DNA from: Squalus acanthias
Lineage: Eukaryota
Reading direction: 5' to 3'
Length of the DNA stretch: 64,000 nucleotides
Assembly (NCBI GenBank): GCA_030390025.1
Contig: CM059430.1
Coordinates: forward strand, 62,620,001 to 62,684,000
Below are positions 36,630 through 48,303 of this stretch, in pieces. A model generated the notes under the pieces. That model did no database searches. It was not told where the DNA came from and saw nothing but the letters and a program-made list of their open reading frames with translations. A program made the position numbers and the translations under genes. Each line of letters opens with the position of its first letter. The first letter of the stretch is position 1.

Positions 36630-38075
36630 TTATTTTATTCGTTCATGGGATGTGGGAGTCGCTGGCAAGGCCAGCATTTATTGCCCATTACTAGTTGCCC
36701 TGGAGAAGATGGTGGTGAGTTGCCTTTTTTAACCGCTGCAGTCCGTGTGCTGAAGGTACTCCCACATTGCTGTGAGAGAGGGAGTTCCAGGATTTTGACC
36801 CAATGACGATGAAGGAAAGACTATTTACCTCAAAGTCAGGATGGTGTATGACTTGAAGGGAAAAGTGGAGGTGGTGCTGTTCTGATGCATCTGCTGCCCT
36901 TATCATACGAGGTGGTAGAGATCGCGGGTTTGGGAGGTGCTACCGAAGAAGCCTTGGCGAGTTGCTGCAGTGCAACCTGGAGACGGTACACACTACAGCA
37001 ACGGTACGCCGCTGGTAGAGGGAGTGAATGTTTAAGGTGGTGGATGGGGTGCCAATTAAGCGGGCTGCTTTGTCCTGGATGGTGTCGAGCCTCATGAGTT
37101 GTTGGAGCTGCACTCATCCAGGCAAGTGGAGAGTATTCCATCACGCTGCTGACTTCTGCCTTGTAGATGGTGGAAAGGCTACGGGGAGTCAGGAGGTGAG
37201 AGACTCGCCGTAGGATACCTAACCTCTGAACTGCTCTTTTTACCAAAATTTTTATGTGGCTGGTCCAGTTAAGTTTCTGGGCAATGATGATCCCCAGGAT
37301 GTTGCTGGTGGGGGATTCGGGTTTCTAAAAGCCGTTGAATGTCAAGGGGTGATGGTTCGGCTCTCGCTTGTTGCCTGGCACTTGTTTGACGCGAATGTTA
37401 CGTGCTACTTATCATCCCAAGCCTGAATGCCCTCCAGGTCTTGTAGCATGCGGGCATGGACTTCTTCATTATCTGAGGAGTTGCGGATGGCACTGAATAC
37501 TGTGCAGTCCTCAGCGAACATCCCCACTTCTGAACATATGAAGGATGGAAGGTCATTAATGAAGCAGCTGAATATGGTTCAGCCGAGGACACTGCCATGA
37601 GGAACTCCTGCAGCGATGTCCTGGGGCTGAGATGAATGGCCTCCAACTACCACAACCATCTTCCATTGAGCTAGGTATGACTCCAACCAGTGGAGAGCTT
37701 TCCCCCCAATTTCCATTGACTTCTGTTTTACTAGGGCTCCTTGATGACACACTCGGCCAAATGCTGACTGGACGTCAAGGGCAGTCACTATCACCTCACC
37801 TCTGGAATTCAGCTCTTTTGTCCATGTTTGCACCAATACTGTAACGAGGTCTGGAGCCGACTGATACAGGCGGAAACCAAACTGGGCATCAGTGAGTAAG
37901 TGCTGCTTCATAGTTATCTCGACGAAATCTTCCATCACTTTGCTAATGATTGAGAGTAGACTGATGGAGCAGTAATTGGCCGGATTGAATTTTCCTGCTT
38001 GATGTGGATAGGACATACCTGGGGAGTTTTCCACATTGTCGGAAAGATGCCAGTGTTATAGCTGTACTGGAACAC
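36630..38075 (-). mobile_element. LINE RT fragment, same family as 1-1075
   Basis: NYCSISLLSIISKVME, QFGFR, VTALDVQSAFGRV, GVPHGSVLG. Confidence 0.85.
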
Positions 38076-39789
38076 TTTTTAACCCTAACACTCTAATCTA
38101 TTTTAACCGAACACTCGCCACTAATGACTGCCGTGTCTCTCTCCATCCTCCCGTCATTCTTCCTGCCCTACCCCTTAGTGCCCCTTTATACATTCATAGG
38201 AACATAGAAACAGGAGGAGGCCATTGAGCCCCTGGAGCGTGTTCCGCCATTCAATGAGATCATGGCTGATCTGTGACCTAACTCCACATACCCGCCTTTT
38301 TCCCGAATCCCTCAATACCTTAATTTAACAAAAGGCACTCAATCTCCATTTTAAAATTAACACTTGATCTGACATCAATTGCAGTTTGCGGAAGAGAGTC
38401 CCAAACTTATACCACCCTTTGTGTGTAGAAGTTTATCCTAATTTCACTCTTGGAAGGTCTGGCTCTAACGGAAGCTGGCTTGGACATAGAAAACCAAGAA
38501 TATAGGTAAATTGCCATTTTTTGAATTAGAAAGTTGTGGAGAGTGTGGTGGGGTGGTTGATGCAACAATGTAAATATATCAATACTAGCAATGTAATCAA
38601 ATAGTGCAACTACAGAAACAGAAGACAATTGCCAACGGATCAGATTGTGATTTTTGCAGTTGTTCGGCGCTGCTAATGATGGAAATGTAAACGTTAATAC
38701 ATTTATTTGTACACAACATCCGCGATCGGAATTTATGTCATGGGCGACGCCAATACAATTATAAGTGCTGAGGTACTTCAGTTATGTATAAGGACTGGGG
38801 AAGCGGGGATTGTTCTCATTCATGCAGAAAATCATAAGAGGAGATTTGCTAGAAGTGTTTAAAATCATGAACGGTTTTGCTGGAGTAAATTTGGAGCAAC
38901 TGTTTCCAGTGGCAGAAGGGTCGATAACTAGAGGACACCGTTTTAAAGTGATTTTATGTTGAATCAGAGGCGACATGAGGAAACTTTTTTATGCAGCGCG
39001 TTGTTGTGATCTGGAATGCACTGCCTGAAAGGGTGGTGGAAGGAGTTTCAATAGTAACTTTCAAAAAGGAATTGGATAAATAATTGAAGGAAAAACATTC
39101 AGGGCTATGGGAAAAGAGCAGGGGTGTGGGACTAATTGAATAACACTAACAAAGAGCCGGCACAAGCACGATGGGCCGAATAGCGTCCCTCTGCGCGGGA
39201 TCATTCTACGATTCTATGATTCTATGATCGCTACTAACTTCTATTTCTAAGGTGTAAAATACTGTGACAGGAACAACTTGAATTAGCAAATCCTCTTAAC
39301 ATAATAACAATTATGGAGAAATTTTTACATAACTGGCCGAACTCTTGGTATTTTAGACATTTGTCCAGGTCCCACAATATCTGACCCCATGTAATCAATG
39401 TCACATTATTGTAGTACATCAAGAATTTACATCAAGCGCCAATAATTTAAACATCTTTACCGTACGGAACCTATGTGTTGTTGATTAAATAAAATGTGCA
39501 GCATGAATCCAATTAATGGCCAGACCTGGGGGAGTTAGTCTCACAGATGCCACCGTAGTCATTCGTTGCAACTGAATTGCAACATTCCTCTGAAAATGGA
39601 TACAATTATGGGGCGATTAAAGAAAATGCGCTTCAGTTTAGCCGAACTCTGCTGCTGTTTTGGACATTATCCTGAGCTGCAATTGGGAGCCCATGTGATC
39701 CATATTGCAGGATTGCTGTACATAAGGAAATTGCATCGAATGCCACGGATTTAACCAATTTCACAGTACTGAAACATCTGTGTGGACCA

Positions 39790-40760
39790 GTAAATAGAAC
39801 GGTTCCCGTGGATTGAAAACTGGCAAAGGTAACCGCACTATTTAAGAAAGGAGGGAGATAGAAAAAGGGAATGACAGACCAGTTAGCCTGACATCGGTAG
39901 TAGGGAAAATGCTATAATCTATTATTAAGGATGCTTAGAAAATAATAAAAGGATTGGGCAGAGTCAATGTGGATTTATGAAAGGGAAATCGTGTTTGACA
40001 AATCTTTTAGAGTTTTTTGCGGTTGTAACTAGGAGAATAGATAAGGGGGAACCAGTGGTTGTGGTGTATTTGGATTTTCAGAAGGCATTCGATAAGGTTC
40101 AACACAACATGTTATTGAACAAACAAGGAGCTCATGGGATTGGGGGTAATATACTAGCATGGATTGAGGATTGGTTAAGCAACAGAAAACAGAGAGTAGG
40201 GATAAACGGGTCATTTTCGTGTTGGCAGGCTGTAACTCGTGAGGTACCGCAATGATCAGTGCTTGGGCCTCAGCTATTCACAATCTACATCAATGATTTG
40301 GATGAGGGGACCAAATGTAATATATCCAAATTTTCTGATGATACAAAGCTGGGTGGGAATGTAAGTTGTGAGGAGGATGCAAGCAGGCTTCAAGGGGACA
40401 TAGACAGGCTAAGTGAGTGGGCAAGAACATGGCAAATGAAATATAACGTGGAGAAATGTGAAGTTATCCACGTTGGTAGCAAAAATAGAAAAGCAGAGTA
40501 TTTTTTAAATGTTGAGAGATTTGGAAATGTTGGTGTTCAGAGGGACCTGGGTGTCCGTGTACACAAACTACTGAAAGTTAACATGCAGGTACAGCAAGCA
40601 TTTAGAAAAGCAAATGGTATGTTGACCTTTATTACAAGAGGATTTGAGTATAAGAGTAAAGACGTCTTACTGCAATTATATAGGACCCTGGTGAGACCAC
40701 ACCTGGAGTATTATGTATAGTTTTGGTCTCCTTACCTAAGGATGGATATACTTGCCATGG
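39790..40760 (+). mobile_element. CR1 RT fragment
   Basis: KGKSCLTNLLEFF, YLDFQKAFDKV, KFSDD, LVRPHLEY. Confidence 0.9.
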
Positions 40761-42889
40761 AGAGCTGAGCTACTCAGTCGTGTTGTTTACTTAGCTAGAG
40801 AAATCGATACACTCTTGTCAATATTTAGCACAACGTCTCGTGCAGCTAAAAGCAGACTGATCAATGCCTCCGTTGATACCTTACATCTTATCAGAACCCG
40901 GGACTGATAGAACGCCCAAATGTTCATGTTTTGACTGCTGTACGTGAATGTGTTACTTTAGTTTACATAATTATCAAAATTATCTACTCCACGTTGACTA
41001 AATCTCCAGCTCGAAGCCAATGCATTTTTATAAAATGAGCAATTAGAATGTGACATAGATTGCAACATAACGGCATGGAAACATTTGCACATTTACTTAC
41101 ATCTCGCAAGCCCTGTGTCATTCCGGATAAAACTGTTAATCTCTTGCAGAAACCTGAGCTAATCAATCCCAGTCAGCCCGAATTTCAAAAGGGAAGATCG
41201 CGCTTGACTTATAGGCTTCACTGAAGAAATGCCAAAGAGTAAACGGAAAGGCAATAGATGAAGTTTATATAAATTTTCAAAACGCATTTGATACCGTCCC
41301 ACATACTATAACGCCACGTGGAAGTAAGGGCAAGGTGGCCACATGGTTAGAGAGATAGTTGGAAGAGAGGAAATATAGTTTAAGGGTAAAAGGACGTTTC
41401 TCGTGCAAAGACGTAGCGAGTGATGTTCCACCGACGCTGCGTTCGGCTACTTCTATATATTATACACATCAATTATCTTGACTGGGGAACTGTGGGTGCA
41501 TCATTAAAACGTGCAGATGACACTTCATGAGGAATCAGGAAAGAAATTATGACGCAGATCGTGAAATGCAGCAGACAACATCGATCGTTAATTTGAAGGG
41601 CAGATACATGCTTGATGTAGAATGCAGGGAAATGTGAAATAGTATATTTTTGCAGGTACATTTAGGAACAGGAAATGCATCTTGAATGGTAGCAGAGGAG
41701 CAGATGGACCTCAATGACTGATTGAAACAGAAGTTTATTACGAAGTAAAAATACAAAGGGAGTGTCTTGGTTTGGATTTTGGTGGCATCGATTACAGAAG
41801 CAAGGAGTTAATGTTCAACTGGTGTAAGAGCGTATGTAGAACTGTGGAAGAATAAAAAATAAATTAAAATGCGCCGCCGAACTGACCAAGAATGGAGAGT
41901 TATTAATTGAGAAACGTGGACTTCTTTAACTGGAGCTCAAAAGTTTGTTGAGTGACTTGATAGAGGTTTTCAAAAGTACAAGGCGTTATGACAAGAAAAC
42001 AGTGATAGTTTATTTTCACTGTCCAGTAGACGGTGGCGAGTGAGCACAACTTTAACATAATCGGGAAAAATAAAGGGAGAGGTAAAATACTCTTTGCTCA
42101 GAGGTTGGTTAGAACATGAGATGTGGACGTTCTCTGCCACAAAACGTTGTGGAATCACAGCCCAACAGTTCTGTTAGAATTGAATTAGTTGCTAGAAAAA
42201 GAGGGATATTAACGATTGTGTGAATCTAAATGGTAAATGGAACTAACTGAGTGGTTCATGTGGAGAGAGAAAAAAGTACAGACGTTGTTTCTCTGCTGTA
42301 AAACGCTTGTTAATGCACACAGTCATCAAGCCAGAAGAGTTAGGCAGTACAAGAAGCAACGGACTCACTTCGTCTTGTATTATCTTTACATTCGGAGCTA
42401 AACCCTTGGTCACCGCAATTGATCGGCTGCCACACAATGTTCTAACCCGGCAATTCAAGTGATTTAGCCATACAAAATTTATAGAAAAACATCTTATACG
42501 CCTTCAACTGCAAGCTGTGCTCAGTGGGTTTATGGAAGAGTCCATAAACTAGAGCGCCCTGCCTTCCAAACCAGGAGAATCGCCTGCACAGGGGGTCAGA
42601 ACACGGTAACGCAACACACAAGTCAAAACTCAGGCTTCACAGTTTTACCCGCAAAATTTCAATCAATCAGGAATGGTTGATTGATAACAGAGGTCATATA
42701 AAATGCATTTTTATTGTATTTATGTATGATGATATTTAGATACAGCGAAACATGGATTTGTCATCTGTGAAATGCTACAGATTGATCAAAAATATGAAAG
42801 GCAATTTGATTTTCTTACAAGTAATTGAATGAAAATTCCTCAAATATTTAATACAATAACAAACTATTACACCCACATTAAATGATATA

Positions 42890-43282
42890 ACACTAGAATA
42901 TGTTACCCTGTTTTTTTTATTTTTGGAGTCCCCTGCTTTTTCGAGCCTGAGTCGCGTAGGTCCCCTGTTTTATCTGTAAACCCGTGTTCGGAAATATTGT
43001 AAATTGGTCGTTTTGCCAATTTTGTGGACTGCTGCCGAAAACAATCATCAGAATAACACACAGACAGCTTGAGGTACACTACACGACCCGAGTCACCCAA
43101 CCCCTTGTAGTCTCAGTTATCGCATGAATGTTGGTGCTGCACTGGTGATCTGTGTCTTTCTGATCCGCTACCCAGCCCCGGCTGATGGAACACAGTCCTC
43201 TCCTCTTCAAGTTTACATCTTGTAGTTAACTTAGTTCTGCTCAAACCTACTGCAGCATATCAACAATCTAAGCCTTTTCTTC
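42890..43282 (-). pseudogene. Decayed ITIM-tail exons downstream of gene C
   Basis: Inverted counterpart of 10958-11360 with the same lesions in the first relic, plus a ~10-nt deletion in the TYATL exon. Confidence 0.65.
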
Positions 43283-43924
43283 CCGCATGGGCCAGAAATA
43301 ATTATATATTTTCTAATGTGTTACATACTACTGGTTAAACATTGAACAGAACAACATGGGTTAGATACAAAGGGCAGGAAGCATAATTAATGCAGTGATA
43401 CAAGTGCGAATGTTTGACCGGTGAGTAATGTGGTCCTTATAACTAATAATTAAACCTGTCAATATTCGTTTTACACTGCAGTGTTACGGAAATGTTTAAA
43501 CGAGCGGTAGTTCCAGAACACGGAGTTGCCCAATTACAAACAATATTGAATCTATAAACAGTTATTACTTAGGTACATTTTCGACGAAGCTGACCGTTTT
43601 TTTGTCTGCTAGAAAATCACTTAAACCAGCAACGCATCGGGGACGCAGCTGAAATTGGTCTTCGTCGGGAGCACGAAACAGGCGATAGCGATTCGGAAAC
43701 CGGTTTTACACCGCGCTCGCATTTTTTTCCGAAAAGCAATTTCGCCCCGAGGGTGAAATCCTTTCCCGCCGGCGACAAATATTTCGCTGAATACGATTTG
43801 AATGACCCATTAAGCGGGACAAATACTTTTAGTAAATGGACAAACAGTTCTGACGTAATTGGGATATTAATCTTTCTTCATATTTGAACCTTTTGCGAGA
43901 TGAATGAATAAATCTACCAGCTCC

Positions 43925-46900
43925 TCACGCCAGTTCGGTCCCTTTGCAGCAATGTTTCCCTGTGAAGTAATGAAATGTAATAAATGTTTTCAAAGATTTT
44001 TCTTGAGTCGGTATAATGCCGAACATGATTTTCAATTTCACTTTGTGCTATCAGTGTTTGAAATCCCACTGCAGCGACCAGGAATGGTGTACAACCAGAC
44101 CGGGCTGGAGTCTCACACCTATTCAACATACGTTCCATTCATCATGCTGCGAAGTGGAAATTTCTGTCGCAAATATCTAGATAATCAGACACTTTTAATT
44201 TAAATTCTGGGAGTATTTCTGAGTTTTAAAGAGCTGAATCCGTTGCTGTTTGGAACAATCAGCGCTCCCTGAAACCAGATAGCACTGCCTTCAATTTTAA
44301 GTCATAATTTAGTTCTCCTTCCTCTGCGCTACTCGGAAACATTCACTCCCCCGTCCCCCGCAGCTCGCTGAAGTATTGTATGAAAATCAAATGCTTACTA
44401 TAGATCTTACCTTTATTAATCTGCAATAGGCAGTGCGTCCCAATGATGATCAGGAGCAGCAGGAACGCTAATCCATCCACCGCATATCTAAAACCCGAGT
44501 AGTAAGGGGTCATACCGACGCTAACTGCAAGAATAATAGGAGCAAATATATTAAGTTGTACATTGTGACGGGTGTTTCCTAAAAAGAGGCCTCAGCAGAG
44601 TTCATTGGTTGAACTATTGATGTTTTAGTAACTCCGTAGTATAGAAAGGCAATAAGGATGTTTTAATTAAAAACTGTTATTCGTTTTAGATATAATATTG
44701 AGAGGGACTTCTGCATCAAATGAATGAGACAATTATAGCATAAACTGCGAAGAGGGATTGGTGTAGGTGAGGTAATATACGAGCTGAATGTTTCCATCGA
44801 CCGAATGGTTTGTTCTTATCCGTCACTTTTCTTATGTTCTTTACTTACTGTCTGATGTAATCCCAGGCAATTCGGTAACAAATGTTTCGCCGTTCCCTCT
44901 ACAAAATGCCGAATTGCAAAAATCGGTTAAAACCCCCAGTTCACATATCTGTACTTTATTGAATTAAGAATGTCACTGAATAGTGAAGGAGATGGTTTAT
45001 TAATTATTGTCTGCCGAGTTTATCAGTGCGTAATAAAATGATATAACTGGCTGCACAGCAGTCAGACAGTAAGCACAGTTTAAATTAAATGTATGAGACA
45101 GATCCCACTTCAGACCGCAGTGACAGGATTAGAAGTTGGTCAAACGGTTAATTTCAGAACTCTTCATTCAAAATCGCCAAAAAGCGGATCATGATGGGGA
45201 ACTGCATTGGGAGAAACCCGAGAGCAGACAACTTGACCGTACGTCCAGGTAATCGTCCAGATGAAGTAAAACTAGATAACGGTAATGAATAAACATTTTA
45301 ACATGGAAACAAAACAAAGAGTAACAATCAGCAAAATATGAAATATAATCGGATAACAAAGATAAGCCTCATGTTTATATGTGTTATGTATCAAATACAG
45401 GAACTTGGAGGCTCACTAATGTTATACTGAGAATGTTTGTAAGGCAGACGATATACCCGGTTTTACAACACATTGGGTTCCTCTAATCATTCAAACATGG
45501 ATTGTATGTGTTTGTTTATATTCCCATGAGTTGTCCGTGTACTCCAGCAACCATACAAAAAGGTTTCCTTAATTTCAGTTCTTTATGAAAAGATTTCCAA
45601 ATTCTTTCGATTCAGGTGTCCACGGCACCGACTTACATCCCTCAGAAAGCCCCACTCCTTCCTATGCAGCAGTACAACCTCTTACTCGCCATGCGCAAAG
45701 CCATGGGAAATAAGCTTATATATGGATTTCCAATGGTGGTGTGCACAGTACGTTTGAGCATAGGCTATTCTATAACAAGAAGGTGACTCCGGGGTTTATA
45801 ATATCATCGGTCTCCTGTTGTTGCTCTTCTTGCAATTGTATCTTTGCTTCTTTCCCACTTGAGAATTACTTTTGTGCTGCCCTCTCTATCTTTGCCTTAC
45901 ACCTTCTTCTTTCTTATTTTTTCTATTTGTATGTTTGTCACATACTTTATTCATTGTGGTGTCTGTAAAGGTCTATCTAAAGGTCTGTGCAGCACCCTTT
46001 TGGATTTTGGTCTGTTTCACTCCTAATGAATGGAATCTCTGTTATTTCTCTCCTTAGGTAGTTCCAAATGTTGTGCATTGGCTCCCACACAAGTTCCATT
46101 TTTAATATACTCAACATCTATCTCTAATCTTTGTTTACTGTATTAGTGATGTGGGAAGATGGAAGGCAACATGTACTAGGTGAAAGAGGCTTTTGGAGAG
46201 GTGATGCAAGATGGAGAGTTGAGAGAGTAAGTGGGATGGGGAGACTGTGTGGCTGGAAGGGGTGTAGACAGAGCTGTGGCCAGGACGAAACAATAAAATA
46301 GATTTCAATCAGGCAAGTTGGAGGGTAAGGTAGCCTTGAACAGTATAGAATAAGGTACGACCTAGGATCAATCATGTTGTCCTGTGTGGGAGTCTTGGGA
46401 TTTGGAAACATGATGGAATTTTAGTGTGTGTTCTAGGTTGCTCGGCTTATCCAGCACTTTGGGGTAGAAGGCCATTGCTGAAAAATAAGAGCTGGGAATA
46501 CAGGAAATGGGTTTGTGTTTGCGAGTAAATTACAGTGTAAAAACCCTTACAGTCAATCGCCCATCGGAGGTCGGACTCAGGAGCCCCACTAGGAGTCCCT
46601 CGAAACCAGACAAACGAACTGCCGCTCCTGGTCCTGCAACTCATGTAAGGAACCAGATAAAGGGAAACAAATGAGTTTTGAGCAGTCAGCAAGAAATGAT
46701 AATAATTGGATAGAAGAGGTACATCGCCTGCTCATATTTGTTTAACAGTTGGAAGCTGATGAAGTTTAACAGGCAGTTACTGGGTGGAGGACGATAATAA
46801 TCATTCGGTATTACTATGGCTCCGTGTCAATAAGATTTTACATTGAAACACTAATTTTCTCTTTGCTTTGCTGTTTTCTGGGCGCTTTCCAAACTAACTT

Positions 46901-48303
46901 TATGATTCTCAGTTTGAACAAACTCTATGAAATAACCTTCCAGAATATAACATTGGCTGACCTCACTCCTTGGCATGTTGGCTTCGTACCTGTGTGGATG
47001 AGAATGGCGGGAGTCCGGAGGGAGGCATGAGATACCAAACAGATGTAAACAGCCCCGCTCGGCAAAGGCTGCGTCTCTTCAAAAGAGCTGGAAACTTCAT
47101 ACAGTCCCTCAGTGTTCTGCCGTTTAGTGAAATTTATCCCAATTGCGGTTTGAATGCCATTTTTATACCAAACGAGGGTTAAATCGCCCGGGTAAAACTC
47201 AGCCGTTTCACATACAAGAATCAGAGTCGCAGCTGAATTGGTCTCGGATGTGCTGGAGACAATCTTCAATGGAGTTGGGGCAGCTGCGGAAAAGAGAATG
47301 GAGAAAATCAGGTAACTGGAGGATATTAAACATGGGAGAAGAATGTTATCCTCGGTCGCTCCCTCAGAGAGCCGTGTTTATGGCGGGAGCGGCGCAATAA
47401 GAGAAAAAAAATCATTCAGTCATCAATAAATTTCGAATTTGATCCGTAACTTCCATCTTCAGAAGTCTGATGTAAGAAATACATTTTGAGAAGGATCGAT
47501 TAACATGCTACTTAATCTGCTTAATAGTGATGGAATGTTACAGAACTCAGCAAATGGAACGTCATATTATGCCATTTAATTAGCAATTCCGGGCAGAGTG
47601 TCACTGTAAATGTATTAATATAATTGTTTTATAATATCGAAGACGGTGCAATAAAACAATGAGAAAACATCATCCTTGTTACATTTAATACAATTGGACG
47701 TTCCCGCTCTCTCCGGTCACTTACCGGTCACAGTTAGATGTGATCCTGTTCCATTTCCAATAATTCCTCCCTGACGGATCACTGCGCAGTGATACATTCC
47801 AGAGTCCCGGAAAGTCAGGTTCAGTAACTCAAAAAAACCGATTCCATTATCTTTCAGAGTAAATCGTTTTCTGTTATCGGCTCCTCTTTGCAGATATTCA
47901 TTCTCACCCTGTTTCCACCAGCGCACGTCTAACCCTGAATTTTCAAGGGACCGGGGGACTAAGCACTGGAAGGTGATGTCTGTCCCCCTTAATTTAGTTA
48001 CTTGTCTGGGAGTTTGAGACACACTGATCGAAGTACGCGCAGCAGCTGTTAGAAAATATATTCAAAGTTCGGTTAATTGTATTCTATGCGGAACCAGATA
48101 CTTTAGAACACATTACTACATGGAAATGAAAATGAGAAAGAAGAATAAAGATCGACTAACTATATTTCATTCAATTTGTGTGGTAACTACTTCTGGTATG
48201 TTTTTTTTTATCAAGACTGCTCGAATGAGAATAAACAGGTGCCTGTGTAAATGATCCCCGGGAGAGACAGGAATAGGAAAAGAAACATCACACTCGACAA
48301 CAT
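43925..48303 (-). CDS. Gene C: paralogue of gene A. Exons 48243-48303, 47725-48045, 46990-47283, 44411-44524, 43925-43959
   Basis: Exon lengths identical to gene A (61/321/294/114/35) and frame open. V exon differs at 9 of 321 nt by my count (5 amino-acid changes). Intron 1 donor is GC; leader has L>P. Confidence 0.78.
44411..44524 (-). CDS. Gene C TM exon
   Basis: VSVGMTPYYSGFRYAVDGLAFLLLLIIIGTHCLLQINK; ttgcag acceptor, GTAAGA donor. Confidence 0.85.
46990..47283 (-). CDS. Gene C C1 exon
   Basis: ORF track 46925..47269 with C1 motifs and the same splice sites as gene A. Confidence 0.88.
47725..48045 (-). CDS. Gene C VJ exon
   Basis: ORF track 47717..48022 with AG/GT boundaries matching gene A. 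Confidence 0.92.
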
